This document shows positions 13,314 through 29,700 of a stretch of 64,000 nt of DNA, piece after piece. The translations under genes were made by a program, and so were the position numbers. Source of the DNA: the human T2T-CHM13v2.0 reference genome, Homo sapiens. The first letter of the stretch is position 1; each line of letters opens with the position of its first letter. The stretch lies in the NCBI RefSeq assembly GCF_009914755.1, contig NC_060942.1, one strand, 5' to 3'. Under the pieces are notes generated by a model. The model saw only the letters and a program-made list of their open reading frames with translations, was not told the DNA's origin and did not search any database.

Positions 13314-14816
13314 CTGTATGTCTTAAATGCTTTGGCCCAGAAATATCAGCTCCACTCAGAGCCCATTGGACAGAACTAGTCACATGCCCCCGCCCCAACT
13401 GCAAGGGCTGACACTTCTGCAGGGGAGCGGGAAGAAGGGGAGCACATGGCTGTTCTGTAAGCCTCAAGTGCCTCTGCCAAATCTTCCTCTTTCCTTCACT
13501 TGCTCACTTAACTCATCTTCATGGACAAGTGCTCTGCCCTAGCCTTTTAGAGAGAGAGAATTGATCACATAAGATACAGTTCCCCACGAGAGGCACAGCC
13601 TAGTAGAGGAAATGAGACATGCACAGATTACCACATGCATTCAAAGCTGCAAATGCCCGAGCAAGTGCTGGTGCCTTGCCCAGGTCACAGTCCCTGAAGG
13701 GCAAAGTCTGGGTCCTCTCCCAGTACACCCCACCTTCCTCCCCTGTGCTGCTGCAGCTCCTGCAGTCTGGGGCGTGAATGTGTGGCTGAGTACAAAGCAG
13801 AGGGCGCCATGGGCCCCCACACTGAATGCCTGTTGATCTCCTGGGAGCCCTAGCTTATCTCTCAGTGGGTTACACACAGAGCGCATGCCACAATGAGTGG
13901 TTTTAGGAGGTGATGCCTCCACTGGGGGTCAGATGCTGACACCTAGGCGTCTGGCCAAGCTCCTCTCCAGCCAAAGCCAAGGCCCCTATTCCTGGTGACT
14001 CCATCTGGCTGTGTTTCCACAACTGGCAATGAATCCAGGGGTGAGTCTCACTGCAGTGCTGACCTCAGGAACTTCATCTCTGGGGCTGCTGGACTCAGGC
14101 TCTTGGAGCCCCCACAAGGATGTGGGGCAACAGGGTAGACAGTAGGTGTCTGTGTCCAGGGCTCACCCTATACCTCTGTGAACCCCTGCTGCCAGGAATA
14201 GTTCTGCACTCTGAAAAGGCATTTAGTGAGCTAGTTAAGTAAAGGGTCTGTTGGTGGTGTTAACTGTCCCCAAGGTCTTCCTTCCCACACTGGTGGCTGG
14301 AGGGAAAGGAGCAGGTACGCTGGGATAGGAGCTAGCCAATAGCCAGGTTTTATGGCATCCACACCGAGGCATGACATGCCATACAATGGCAGCCTCAGGC
14401 CAGTTGAGACTGACATTGCTCTCTAAGAACACTGATGGGGTGGTGGGGGGTCGGCGGGGGTGGAGTGGGTGGGAGATGGGGGGCAGCAGAAGGCTCTGAG
14501 TACAGGGCCATGGATTCAGGGTTCAATCATGGTTCTCAGTGTTGAAGCCATAGGGCAGGGCGGACACTGAGACACACACTTGGGCTCAGACTGCAGTTCT
14601 AGGGGACCCCCAAATTCCATCCACAAGGCTGGTGTCCTGGTAGCATTTTTGGCATCTCTATCACAGGAGTGGAGGGGTTGGCCAGGCTACCACTCTGTCA
14701 GTGTTGTGGGCAGCCCAGGCCCATCATTAACAGTCCTGCTCTGAGTGTGGCCCCAGTGTTGAGGACTGCTGGAGTGGAGGCCTCGCCAGGATCGGTGGCT
14801 GTATGGTGGTGTGCTC

Positions 14817-14830
14817 CCACTAGAGGGCAC
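14817..14830 (+). promoter_or_regulatory. CTCF consensus motif CCACTAGAGGGCAC
   Basis: 14/14 match to CCASYAGRKGGCRS; binding not demonstrated. Confidence 0.55.
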
Positions 14831-16358
14831 CAGCGCACCACTCTGCAGGCTCCAGCCTGGTGCTTGCTGTGGGAAGTCCCCTGGTCCCAGCGCCAGCAGC
14901 CAAAGGCGTCTTCACCGGCCATGCCTCCTGGTCAGCGCTGCACATGCACACTGTCCTGAAAATGACCCCACTCAATGCCCAGGCCCTTCCTCCCTGCAGC
15001 AAGTGGGAGGATGGCGAGGTGCAAGAGGCAGCCACACTAAGGTGTAGGGAAGCTCCTGTTGGGCCACATGTCCCCTGCTAGGCCAAGGCATGACACTCCT
15101 CCAGAGGGCCCGCCCCTCCCTGGGACCCCTGGGAACACACTGCTTCCAGGAGGGCAGCAGCACGGGGCTGCAGGGGAACACCCACTGGGGTGGGGCTGGG
15201 GGAGTTACAAAGTGTTGGCTTCCGCCCTTGGAAGGATGGGGGCTGGCTAAGTGGGGAGATGGAGCCGCATAATCTGTAATCCATAGTCTAAGCCGAGTTA
15301 ATTTACTAAGTTCTGAATTAACTTGACTAAGTTCCAAGTTAACTTGACCAAGTTCCATGTGAAGGCAAGGGATGAAATCCGAATTGCATATCCTTCACCT
15401 CATCTCTGGTCTGAGACCACCCCCCGGCACCCCCTCCCCCAGGACCCCTTTACTCTGAGGTGTGACTTGGGGAGCAATTTCTCCATGTGTGTGAAGTCGG
15501 CGCGACCAGTGTGAGAAAGACGGTCTAACGGGCATGTTGTCCCTGTGCCCTAGATGGCCCCTAGGTGAGCATTAGATTTCCTCAGGTTCCCGGGCACAGG
15601 GCCCTCGGCGCCCTGCGGAAATGCCACCTCCTTATATCACACAGTGGCCTGGTGCTTTTGTGTCATATACAATACCCCATTGAAAGACGTTGTTTGTTGA
15701 ATTATCCAGTGTCCTGCCCAGGGCTTTCTATCAGGACGTATTTTGGTCATTATCCTTGAATTCTCCCAGACAAACATTATGTCTGCTGTCTTTGGTCTGA
15801 CAGTAGGAACTACATAACCCACTGACTTCTCGTTTTGCCTTTCTCTTAGGAAATTTTGAAACCAAATTCTGTGTCTGTTGGCCGTTAATCATTAGATGGC
15901 TCAGACCTAGCAGGGCCGGCTCCCCTGCCCCCACATTGCTGGCCTTGTCCAGAGCGTGTGACTCAGGAGCCCTTTGCTGTGAAAGGGGCTTAGTGCCCAC
16001 ACAACAGTGGACGCCACCCGGTCAAGTGGGATTTCTGGCCTTAGGGATGTGCCCAAAGCATTCCCCATTGAGGGTCCCCAGAAGGCTCAGGGGACGGAAA
16101 GTGGCTTTCTGGCCTCCTGAGCCTGTGTCCAAGTCCAGCCTTCACACGGGAGACGGCTAAAGGAAGGGACAGTTCCTTCCTCGTTCTTCTGCTTGGCCCT
16201 GGATGATAACAGAGAGATCCTCCCCACTACCTCTCTAAAGAATCCGAGGGACAAATGAGCTTTCAAAATGAAAATCATGGCTCCATGAAATGACACTCAG
16301 GTGTCCCTCACTCCTGGAGGAGTGAAAATGGTGGCCGATAAGGAATGGCCTGGCAGCC

Positions 16359-16372
16359 CCAGCAGGTGGCGC
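16359..16372 (+). promoter_or_regulatory. CTCF consensus motif CCAGCAGGTGGCGC
   Basis: 14/14 match to CCASYAGRKGGCRS, next to a GC/CpG-rich patch at about 16400-16430. Confidence 0.6.
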
Positions 16373-18269
16373 TGCTGCTATTTAGTAATGGGGGTCCTGG
16401 GCGGGAGGCCGGGGCCGCGGCTGGGGCTGCCCCACACTGGGGTTGAAGCCTCTGTAGCCGGGTTCCCAGACCTCCAGATGAGAAGGAGTAACTTTATTGT
16501 TCCCTAGGGCTGTGTTAGCTGTTGCCAAGTCTTCTGGAAACTTCTAGGACATGCTAACTCACAGGCGTGAGGATTAGTAAAGTGCCCCGAGACACCCAGG
16601 AGCAGAGTCCTGAAAACCATGCCCCACCTCGCCTCCCCAGGCCCTGTGCACCGGCGACTGTTGCTCCATGTCACCCGTGGTCCCACGGAGGTGAGGTCTG
16701 ACCTTATTCACCCAGGCCAACATTACGGATCAGGCATCTCTCTGTGTCCCAGGCATTGTCTTATAGCCATTATGGACTGAGTTTAAGTGCAGGGGCTGGT
16801 ACCTGTCCCATAGACGGGGACATGGTATTCTCCTAATGTCCCCTTAGTGAGAATTCAACAAGGAGCGTAATGCACCAACAGTAACACTAGCGAACATTCA
16901 CAGAGTGCTTTCCGTGTTCCAGGAACTGAGAAGGTCCTTGCTTTTTCTAATCTTACCCTCACGTTGTCCCATGGAGCACGTACTGTTATTGACCTCACTT
17001 TACAGACCGATGTCTTTGGTCGGATGTAACCTTCTCAGTAAGGGCTTGTGAACACTCCATATGCCTCCTCATCACTCAAGAATCGTCACTCGATTCTTCC
17101 CTGCAGCGCCTGTCGCATGTTTGCTTTATTTCTTTTGCGTCTGTATTCTCCCAGTGGAGTGTACGTTCCCCTGGGGCACATCTAGGGGCTCATTAAATAT
17201 GGGTTGAGTGACTTGCTCCTGCCCCAGAGGGACTCCCACCCAGCATCTTAGTCCAGAACTTGTGCCTCCACCACAGAGGCTACCATGACTTGAGTGCTGT
17301 CTGAGCTGCGGGCTGCATATACTATCTCTGAAGTCTCACAAATACCCTGGGAAATGTTTATTCTATTATTATTTCACAGATTGGAGAACTGAGCTCAAAT
17401 ACCTTGCCTCAAATCACACAGCTGGGAGAAGGGGGATTGGAATCCAGGCAGCCTGACTCCTCTGGTACCTCTTTCTAAGGAGGGACGATGAGGAGGAAGA
17501 GGTGCTGGAAAAACATTTTCTAATTCCAGGAGACGGTAGTCACGTACAGCAAGTTAGGGGTGAATGTCATTTCCTTAATAAGCAAGAACAAGAAAGTGGG
17601 TATCTCTGTTTTTCTCTCTACTGCTGAAGGCAATAAAAATGGAAAGAAAAAAAGAGAAAAGCCTCTACTGACAGCTTTGAAAGAGAAATATTTTTTTCTT
17701 CTTTTTTAATCAGACAGGTTTGTAGTGGCCTTCCCCATCCCTGCTGGCCCAAGACGCTGTAGCAGCCATCAAGGAGGGGGTCTTACAAACGAGAGCCCCT
17801 TTCCCTCCCCAGCCACCTCCCCACCCCCAAGTGCTTCCTCCCTCAGGACAAAAATAGGCGCCCATACAATAAATGGGACCAGAAGTTCTCCAATCCGTGG
17901 TTTCCTGTCTGAGACCTCCAGGTAGCAGGTCCACTGGGAAGGGGCAGCGTGCTCTGTGAGGCGAGCCTATTTTTATTTTTTGTTATTTGTGAGTCTTTTT
18001 TTTTTTTTTTAAAGAACTGATTATTCTGGAGGTGAAGACTTTTGTTGGTGACAACTGGGAAAGTTCCTCGGGAAGAGGCCACTGTCTGCGTCTAGATGGG
18101 GTTTCCACGCGGGCCTCCTCCTGCTCACTCCATGCGGAGCAGAAGGCAGGGAGCTGGGACTGTGGGCAGCGAGTACTTTCAGGGCTGTGTGGGGCAGGCT
18201 TCAAGGGGCCTGGGCAAGTCTGCCCACCCTATAGGAACACCTCAATGATCCAGGCCACGGCTAGGATTT

Positions 18270-18480
18270 TAGGGATTGGCAAACTGGTCCACAGACCAAG
18301 TCCAGCTCTCCAGCCTGTTTTTGCAAATAAAGTTTTATCAAAACGCAGCCACACCCATTCACTTGCTTCCTGTCTGTGACTGCATTTGTGCCACAGCCAC
18401 TTGCTGTGTGGACCCTATCGCCGGCAAAGCCTAAAATATTGACTATCTGGCTTTTTACAGAAAAAGTTTGCCAAACACTG
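18270..18480 (+). mobile_element. MER58A-like DNA transposon
   Basis: AGGGATTGGCAAACT...AAAGCCTAAAATATT...TTTACAGAAAAAGTTTGCCAA with inverted termini. Confidence 0.8.
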
Positions 18481-21016
18481 ATCTAGAATATAAACAGAAC
18501 AAAAAAGGAAACCTCTGAGAGTTAAAACAGGTGGCAGAAATCCTAAAGCTCACTCACTAGTCATCCAAGAGCCCTTCTGCTTTGCACACAGAACATTGTG
18601 TAATTCACCCAAAATAATTTTCTTCCAGCTTCCATTTCTTCTGCTGTAAAGTTGGGGGTCATATACCTGTTCAACTTACGTTGCAAAGCTGTGCTAAGAG
18701 TCAAAATACAATAAACCAGTTCATATAATGACAGGGATTTTTGAACTTAAAAAACACTCTGCAGATGTGATGTGGCCTCATGAAGTGGTAGTCACATCTG
18801 GAAGCAGGCAGAGAACTGGCAAGCTTGGCAGATAAGAACTGCGCTTGGAGATGGTCCAACAGCTTCCTTCTGTGGGTTTCTTGGCGGGTGGGAGATGGAG
18901 GGCAGGGACTGTTGGCTTTCCCCAGCTCCTCCTGAGACTGAGACCTAAAGGGTGACTGTCTTCCTGCCCTTGACCTTAGACAGAAAAGACTGTTGGGGGA
19001 GTCTTCTGCTCACCCATTTCTCTTTCCTCTTATGTCCTTCCCTCTTTCTTGCTCAAATCTTCCCCCTCTTTCATGGCCCTGTTCCAATTTCACCTCCTGC
19101 ATGAAACTATTCTGGATAAATCAGACCACATCAGCCCACAGAGGTTTCTTGGTTTTTTGGGGGTCTTGATTCTAGGCCAATTTTGAGGTTTTCCCCTTTT
19201 TTATGCCCCTCCATGCATTTGTGCCTCCTGGAGGAGGTAGACCTGGAACTGGGCCTTGGGGGGTGGCCTGGGAGGGGAGAGGGACCTATGGGGAGAAAGA
19301 GAATTATGGTCAGGAGAAAAGGAGGCTGTTGAGAGTGGGGGAGTCCAGGAGTCCTCGAGAGGGGAGACTGTATGTAGGGAGAGCAGTTGGGGGTGGCCCT
19401 GGACGTCTTGGGACCTGACCAAATAGGGACTCAGCCGAATGCTCTCCAGCAAGGAAATGCAGGATGGAAGGAGGATTCAGAAGCCGTGGGACAGGGCCTG
19501 ACTGAGCCTATGCCCTCCTCCTGGAGACCAAGAGGGAGTTCCCAGGATCTCCCTCCAGGCACCAGGGAAGAAGTTTTGTTATTTGTTAGGGACAAAGGCT
19601 AGAGCCCTTTAAAAGTAGGACTTGGCCCCAGTGGAGAGGTCATCTGTCCATGCCCTACTTTGGGCCAGACCATATCCAGAATCCCTTGATGAGTATCAGA
19701 GGGCTTAATCCTTCAGGGAGTAGGGCCTTGAGGCCAGCATGGGACAGGGAGCTGGGACAGTAGGCTCAAAGAAGGCCAGATTGAGGACAGCCTTCCTCAA
19801 GGTCTCAGCTGGGCCAAGGCCATCACACAGACAAAGAGCTGCTGGCCTAGCCCTGCTGGAGGAATGAGCTCAGGGTTGAGAAGAGGCCAGCAGGGGTGCC
19901 CGGTACACAGTGAGCAGGCCCCAGGCTGGCCTGAGTGGCCCTGTCGACGGATGCCCAGAGGCAGACCCACCCTGCACACGTCCACCCGCTTTGATGAATG
20001 GGGCCACACAGCCCGCAGCCTTGCCGTCCCTGTCCTTCAGCAGTTTCCAGGGTCTGGTTTAATCCTCCCACTCCCTGAGCCAATTTGGCGATGCCCTTGA
20101 TGACTTGGGCCAGGCCTGGTTGATTGAGATTGCTTGCCGGTCCAGCATCTTCCCTCCTCTGTCCTTTGTGGAAGGAGCCGCCGGGGCTTGGGGGAAGAGG
20201 AAGGTGTCGCCAAGGGTGTGAAGCATCCATTATTCCTTTATTAGCCAATGTCCCATTTCTGGTCTCATTCTCCTTCCTGGCAGCGGTGAGTTTAGGGGCG
20301 GAGAAGCCCAGTTATTTTAGTTTCCCCCTGCTTCTGTCACTGGGAGCAGTGGTGGTGGAGGGGGCGGGGACGGACAGGGCTACGTGCTCTCCAGCAGGCA
20401 TTTGTGAATGGGCCTCGGCTCCCAGGCTGACCCGCCGGCAGGCGGCCCCCCCAGGACACACTGACTCTTACTGGCTGGAAGGCGTTTTTCCAGCATTGCA
20501 GCGGCCAGGCAGGAGGAAGCTTTCCTCTGGCCCAAGAACAATACCAGGGTCAGCCCAGGGACCTCCCTCCTACACCCTCTTCCTTCCATTGTGAGCTGCT
20601 GCACAATCCCAGGCCCCTCTGTTCTATACAGCCAGGGGGGCTGGGGGGTCAGGCCCAGGAGAGATTCACAGTGTGTGTGACACCGTCAGTGGCTTGCCTC
20701 CACTTCCCAGGCTGGGCCAGGGATCTGGAGGCAGCCGATGGCCAAACAAACCAAGTGAGTGAGTGGCCATTGGGTCCCTGTCCTTTGCAAGGGGCTACCT
20801 CCAGAGTGGGGCCCCCAGCTGGATGCTACCACTCTTTCCCTCCTTTCCCCATTGACTCGTAGCCTGCCAGGGCTGGAAAAGACCCAGAACTTCCACCTAC
20901 AACCCCATTACAGACGAGGAAACTGAGAGACCCAGAAAGGCAAACTTCTCATTGCCTTGCTTAAAAATCCTTCACTGATTCTCAGGGCCTATGGAAAACC
21001 CTGGACTTTCCTTTAG

Positions 21017-21925
<909 letters not shown>

Positions 21926-24617
21926 CCTTACGACCTACTTGCAGGCCACTGGCTTTTCACTACTTCTGGATAGTTCAGGGAGTCACTGACATCACCTTCC
22001 CCTATCCCCTTCTATCTGCTGCTGAGATTTTTGGTTGGTTGGTTTTTACCATTATTTTGCTCAAATGAAGGACAAAGAATTGTGCCCTGTTTGACAACCC
22101 AGGACATGGATTTGCAAATGGTTTGGTGATTCAAGGACAACATGGTCCCCCAGACTCCAGCAACTGCTCCTGTCACTGGTCATGCCTCAGAGGACCCCTG
22201 GGTCCCGACAGCCCTGGGCGGGCCATTGGGGATTAGGGTTTCTGGAAGGCTCATTCCCTTTGCACCAAAGATAGAAACCTCAGCAGAGTCCTCAGTGACG
22301 CTGCGTATTTCCAGGTGGTCAAAGCCAACACCTGGGGTGGAGATGTGGGGGCAACCCACCTGGATGGGGCGAAGCCCTGGGCTCAGTGTTCCAGATCTTT
22401 CCTTCCAGCGCACTGCTTTGTGTGTGTGGCAGATGAACCATCCACAGCGTGCTGGGCAGAGGCCGACAGGGAGAGGAGTTTGTTCCCTGCGTGCAGAACC
22501 TCTGCAGCGGCGGGCGCTGACACCGAAGCACACTGGGTGGCAGGGGGAAGCCTCCCTGGGAATAAAGCAACAAACACAAACTTCTGTCTGCAAAGAGAAT
22601 AATCCAAAGTTGATGTTACATCGACCATAAGTAAGAACAACAAGGGAGTAGCAGGCCTAGCTAAACACGCCCTGGAAAGGCTACATACTGTGGTTGTGTC
22701 CAGAAAACAATTTTGGACTCCAGGAACCCCACAGAAAATGACGGCCTGTCCCTTGGACCCCTGCTTGCAGTGAGACCACTGTCCCTCCGAGCATCAGTGG
22801 TCTCACTTCGAGCAGGGGGCACAAGGGACAGGCCATCATTTCCTGCCCCCGAGCCTCACCCTCCTCCTGTGAAATAGGAGTGCTGGCCTTGCCCTCCTTC
22901 TGGATCCAAGCCTTCACCCCCCTTGCCCACTTTTGGGGTGCTCCTGAAGGAAAGAGCTCTGATTATTAAAGCATTAGATGTAGTCTTGTGTTCTCCAAAG
23001 ACCCTCTTTGTTCCTTTTGGCACCCCACCCCCAAAGGGTTCAGGAGGAAGCTCTGCCTCTAGCGGTCTAGGCCCTGCTCTCTCTCCAGAGTGAAAACCTC
23101 AAGGAGTGTTTTCATTACTCCTGGGGACTTTGGTGTTGCTTTTCGCTGTGGGTTTCCTGGAGTGTGTCTCTTTTGGATCCCAGAGGTCTGCCAGCCTGGC
23201 CGGGATCCAGGGAGGGTAAATGGTGGCTCCTTGTCTGCTGAGACAAGCGTGGCACCACTGTGGCCACCAGCCCTGAAAATTTGGGGCCCAGGCTCCCAAG
23301 CTCTCATGGGGGCCCAGTTGCACCATGAGGCCCAGGGCTGCTGGCCACTAGTTCTATGTTGAGTGGCCAACATGGCCTGGGCTGGGGTTCCCCTACCTGT
23401 GAGGTGCTAAAGTGTCAGGTGGGATGGACACTGCTGTGGCGTGGTGACATTGCTAAGGTGACTATTGGAGCAAATGACCTCAGTAGCCACTTGCACCTCG
23501 CATGCTTTGTGGCTCTGATTAGATCATTCATCTCCAACGTAGTATAATGTGGGGCCACAGGTGCAGGTGGGATTCAGAAAAGGGAAAATGTAGGCTGGGG
23601 CGACCTCATGCCTTCATGGGGAGGTGGGCCCCAAACACTTGAACCATCTACTCATTTTTTATCAAAATAGTACCTGTCTGTAACTTACAAAAATTAAATG
23701 ATACTGAAAGGCCTGTGACAGAAAATAGCAGCTTTCTACCCCCTGCGTCCTCAAGTGACCCGTTCCATTCCTCAAAGCAACTACATACCTTCACTGTTTT
23801 TACTATTTTTTTCTAGTGGTACCACCCTATTTCGAATACAGATATCTAATCTCTAATATTTCTAATATCTAGTATACTATTATTATACTGTTCTTTTTAA
23901 GTATATCAATTCTAGTGATTTCCTGCTGATTTTCTTATTATGAGAGAGAAGAATTTTGTTCTCCTATACTCTGTCCTCTCAATATAGGTATACCGAATTT
24001 TACTTAAATGTTTAATCAGATGATTACTTCATTAACGAATCCTGCTTTCCTTTTCTTTATTTTGCAAAAATTCAGATTCACAGGAAAGTTGCAAAAATAA
24101 CACAAAGAATTCCTATATAGCCTTCACCCAGATTCCCCAAGTGTTCACTTTTTACCATACTCGCTTTATCATTCTCCCTATGTAATTTTATTATTTTCTT
24201 AATTCCTTGAAGAGTAAGTTGCAGACACAGTGCCACTTTACACCTAGATACTTCAGCATGTTTTCCTAAAAGCATGGACATTCTTTTCCATAAATGCAAT
24301 CTAATTGTCATATCAGGAAATTAGCATTGACAGAATACTGTTACATAACCTGTAGACATTTACATTTTGTTAATTGTCCCACTAATGTTCTTGATAGCTA
24401 AAGAAAAAGTTTTTGTTTTTTTGTTTGTTTGTATTTTTTTTTTTTTTTGGTTTAGAACCTATACAAGATCAGACTTTGCTTTTAGTTGTCATATCTCTTT
24501 ATCTCCTCAATCTTTCTTTGTCTTTTATGACCTTGACATTTTGAATAGTACAAGCAGGCCAGTTATTGTGTAGAATGTCTGTCAATTTGATTTTGTTTGA
24601 TGTTTCTTCATAATTGA

Positions 24618-24924
<307 letters not shown>

Positions 24925-24926
24925 GA

Positions 24927-25406
<480 letters not shown>

Positions 25407-26704
25407 TAATAAGTATCTTGCAAGGAGATAGTTGAGACTATGTAAATATACTGTTTCTGCTAATACTTTCACTCACAAATTTTAGCATTCCTTAATGATT
25501 CGTGCCTGAAATGTCATCATGCTGATCAGCAAATAGTGGTTTTAAAAAATTCCATCTACATTTATTAGTTGGCTTTCTGCTATAAAGATCTTTCCTTCTC
25601 TATTTTTCTTTTATCTGTTTATTTATATATGTTTTGGCTCATAGATTTTTATTTTATTCTAAGGGTTATAATCCATTACTATTATTTATTTTGATGCTCA
25701 AATCATCCCAGTGGGAGCCCTTGCAAACTGGCTTCTGTGTGTTTCTAAAATGTCCCCATTATTCTTTGAGCACTTCTTGACTTTCAGGCATGAGAACTTG
25801 TTCTGGGCTTATCTGGTATTTTCTCTGCCCCAGCCCTGGAATCTAGTGTTATCTAAGGAGCCCTGGTACCTTTTAATGAATGGTTCTTAGAAGCCAAGAT
25901 CGGGACCTAGGTGTGCTCATTGCTGCTCGGTTCTCACGTTTTTTTACTCTCTCCTCCCTCATTCCTTGAGTGCCTGGGTTCTCAGGTCACAGCTTCTGTT
26001 ATTCTGCTTCTCCAGAAATAAACTTTGAATCTTTTGCCTGGTGGTGGGGACCAAAGTGTAGTTTCCTGGCTATGTGGAAAGGGAAGGGGACTTGGGGAGT
26101 CTCATATTTAGACTTCGATCTGGTTCTGCTGTTTCCTGCCAACACCTGAGCCTTGCCTCTCCTGGTACCTGGGGCCTGCAAGCTTTGAGTCCTCGGAGAT
26201 TTGCAGCCTCCATCCATGCATTTCTCATCAGTATTCCTCTCTGCACATAACTTAGGTTGCACCTGTCCCCACACTGCCAAGTTGCCCACTCCTCCTTCGT
26301 TTACTTTCTGTCTTTGCAAAGTTTGTTGAAATCTCTTTTCTTGATCTCTGTGCTTATGGGGGTTTACAAGTTTTTGTATTCATGAGAGAGCAGGAGTTGA
26401 ATTAAATGCATGTGGTCAATCCTGTCGAGTCAGAAGTCTAATTTGTTTGGATTTAAATAGTTAGGGAAACAGGAAGAAGGTCGGAAGACTGAGCTCTGTG
26501 TGCTTGTCAAGAGGAGCAACGGGAGCAGATGGTGTCGTGTGGGAGTCGGGGATAAAGCGATCTGTCTTCAGAGTTCAGGCAGGAGAACTGGCTTGTGGCT
26601 GAGCCCTGGACAGGTTGTATAGAGAGGATAAAGGGGGTGCAGGATGTACCTGAATGCCAGTACATAGATTTTTTTCTTTGCTGTTGTTCAAAGAACTCTA
26701 GGAG

Positions 26705-26707
<3 letters not shown>

Positions 26708-26751
<44 letters not shown>
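26708..26751. repeat. (AC)22 microsatellite
   Basis: Direct read. Confidence 0.95.
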
Positions 26752-26752
<1 letters not shown>

Positions 26753-29700
26753 AAGCTTACCAACCAGGAGATGGGCAGAGTGAGCAGAGTATAAGCCCCA
26801 GTCGTCTGAGGGGCCTGGGAAAATCTCTGCTTGGATTCAGACCTTACAAAGATTCAGACCCTACACAAGAGCCACCAGGGCAAAAGTGCTCTGGGACTCA
26901 AGGATAAGGCTCTATTGTCCTCCCCTGCTTAGGATTCCAGCCACACCCTGCCTAGCTTTGTATTTGCCCCTTCCTGGTGGGAAAGACTCTTCCTCAGCAA
27001 GCCTCCAGAGCCCTGGGAGCAGGGCTCTTGTCCGACACCACCTCTGAGACAGCACTGGTACGCTGTTGGAGCTCCATCAATCACAGAACCAGAGAATCGT
27101 TGCTGAAATTGCCAGAGCAAATGTGAAGCCGACTGTGTGCAAAGGTGAGCCTGAAAGCAGCCTCTTCAAATTGCCCTTAAGAACTTGTAAGGCACCAGGT
27201 AGTTGCTGGCACCTCTGTCTCTGCAGCCGCCTGAGTCCCGCTGTCCTTTGCCGTTACTAAGAAATGTGGCCCCCACCCCCAGTGGTAGCCCAGTCCCAGA
27301 AGGTCTCATATAAAGTACAAGCTGTCCTTGCCTTTTGCCAATTCACATTTCAACAATCCACGCATTCTGCAGTTCCTGAAAACCGCTTGTGTAGAACTTC
27401 TGGTAGCTTTAATCTCCTTACTTGGGAGTTCCTGCTCATTTCTGGAAATGTTTAAATAAGCAAGTCTACCCTTAAGGAAAGTCAAGACAGCTTTTCCAGT
27501 ATAATACATTGCATCTTAGTGATAAAGAGGTAGAAACCTCAGAGCTTAGTCTGGTTGAGGCAAGGCCAGTCTGTGCACGGTTTTGTCAGCTGCTCCTCCT
27601 CTCAAGAACACTAAGGCCTGAAGGGCAAGGGCTCTGGGTGCATCCTTATTACCTGGAAGTGCTCCTTTTCCAGCAGATCACCTGCAAGGATTCCTCCTAC
27701 CGACATGTTGTCACCTCAGCCCCTGATGTGGAGGATAAAGCTGGGTATACTTGCGATGGGGCTGGTGAAGAAGAGAGGGTCAGATGAGGGCAGGCTCAGG
27801 TATAGGGGTGCCAAGGATGGGTACCTAGACCAGCCAGAGAGAACACAGAAGACTTAGCTGTCTCACCATGGTGCCCAGAGTAAGGAACAGCCAGCATTGG
27901 ATGGAGGAACAAAGAGATGAAATGTCCTCTGTGCATGTATCTTGAAAAGCACCTAGTCACCATTCTAAACCATCCTAAACACGTCCTTCTAAACAAGGAA
28001 GGCAAGGCTCCCAGTGGGGAAGTGCTGGGCCAGAGGCCACACAGCTCACTCAGCCACTGACTTGGGGCCCAGGGTCCCTTGGTCGCTGGTCTTCCCACAC
28101 ATCCTGTAGTTTCTTTTATAATGAATCCGAATGATTGGTCCTTGTACAAGGCTCACAGGACATCTGTTTAATAATGTATTCTAGAATTTCCTAGAGATCA
28201 GCATCAAGTAGGTGTCTTTGAAAAGGCTTCATCACTAAAGCATCTGCACAGAAAATGTTCTGTAGAGAGGAAAGAGGGGGAGAAAAAGAAAGGAATGACA
28301 ATCAGAGCTGCCTCTCTGTCTCTGCACACACTCCCCTCTCTCATCCAAGTGAGAACTGCAAGACCACATAAGCTGCTAATGGCCGAGGTTCCCGGGGCCC
28401 CACTCCTCAGCCCCGCCATGCCGGGGCACAGAGAGGTGGGGGCACAGAGAGGTGAGGGCTCTTCCGAAAGATGCGGTGGTGTTTGGGGGCCTTCAGACAC
28501 ACCCTGGAGGAGGAGGACTGCCACAGCATCTGGGCATCCCGCACTGGCAGTTGTACCCTGTCCTCATTGTTCTCTGTTCTGCATACTGGGCTGTGTGTCA
28601 GGCCTGTGGCTTCCTTTTTCATCCCTGAAGGAGGCCACTAGCCACATGGCGACTTTTTGCAAATTAGAAAGAGGTGCCCCTTCCTCAGCACAGCCTCTGT
28701 CTGATATTGTCATAAAAATAACTCAAATCTATGAGGACAGAGTGGCCGAGTCACCTCCTGGGGTTGTTCAAAGCATGCAGAAGCAGCAGCCCGCTCTCAT
28801 TTTAAGTGGATTTCACATGCTGCAGCTTGAATTGAAGGCTTGGGTCACTAAGTCATTTTCTAGAAGGCCAAACTTTGAGTTGAGAACCTTTCAGCTACAG
28901 AGAACCCTCCGCTGAAGGGTAATGTCTAACAGCCAAGAAGGCAAGTTTCCTCCATTCTATTTCTTCAGGAGGATGGAGTCACGAGGTCATAGGAGGGCCC
29001 ACCTGAAAGGAGCCTTCATGGTTGTCCATATAACACAGCCCCTTTCAGTCTGCACTGAGCCAAACTCAAGCCCCAGGCCAGCGCAGATGAGCTGAATTCT
29101 CAAGGTTGTTGTGAGTCAGAGGTCACTGTACACAGGAGAGAGATTCCTGCTGTCCAGGAGGGGCTAAGTGCAAAGGTGACTTTCAGGGAAGAAAAGGTCA
29201 CTACCTTCCCCTGCCGCAGTTAACTCTCTGGGCAATGGGTCCTGGGCATGAGGCACTTGTAAAGCTCCCCGAGTGAATCTGGCTTGCAGTCATGGCTGAG
29301 CCCCTCTGCCCTAAGGTATTAAAGACTTATCCCATTTCCCCAGTCTGTGAGATACTTACATCATAGAAAAATAAGCAGTTAGCCAGGACTTGATCCTAAC
29401 TTATAAAACATTAGTTCAGTAGCTTCTGTCATCTTGAAATTGATCATGCCCAGCCTTATTTTCTCCCTGTCCTATAAGAAGGTAGGATTCCTCAGAGCAG
29501 GGCTCATGTCTTCTTTGCCATTGTGTTTCTTATAGGTGACACTCTCTCCCCCATCTCCACCCCACCCCGTCCTTCACCAAAACTCATCAATTTCATTCTA
29601 AATTTTATTTTATTTGGGCGTTTACAGACTCTCCTTCCATCCACTATGGCTTCCCTAACTCCTCCGCTAGTCCTCCTTGCCCCTTGGCTGTTGTGACAGC

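Noticed and set aside
28295-28915. 206-aa ORF (and similar ones at 42978-43589, 47536-48117, 2973-3539)
   Set aside because: No recognisable domain; composition typical of chance ORFs in GC-rich intron. A PhyloCSF check would be decisive.
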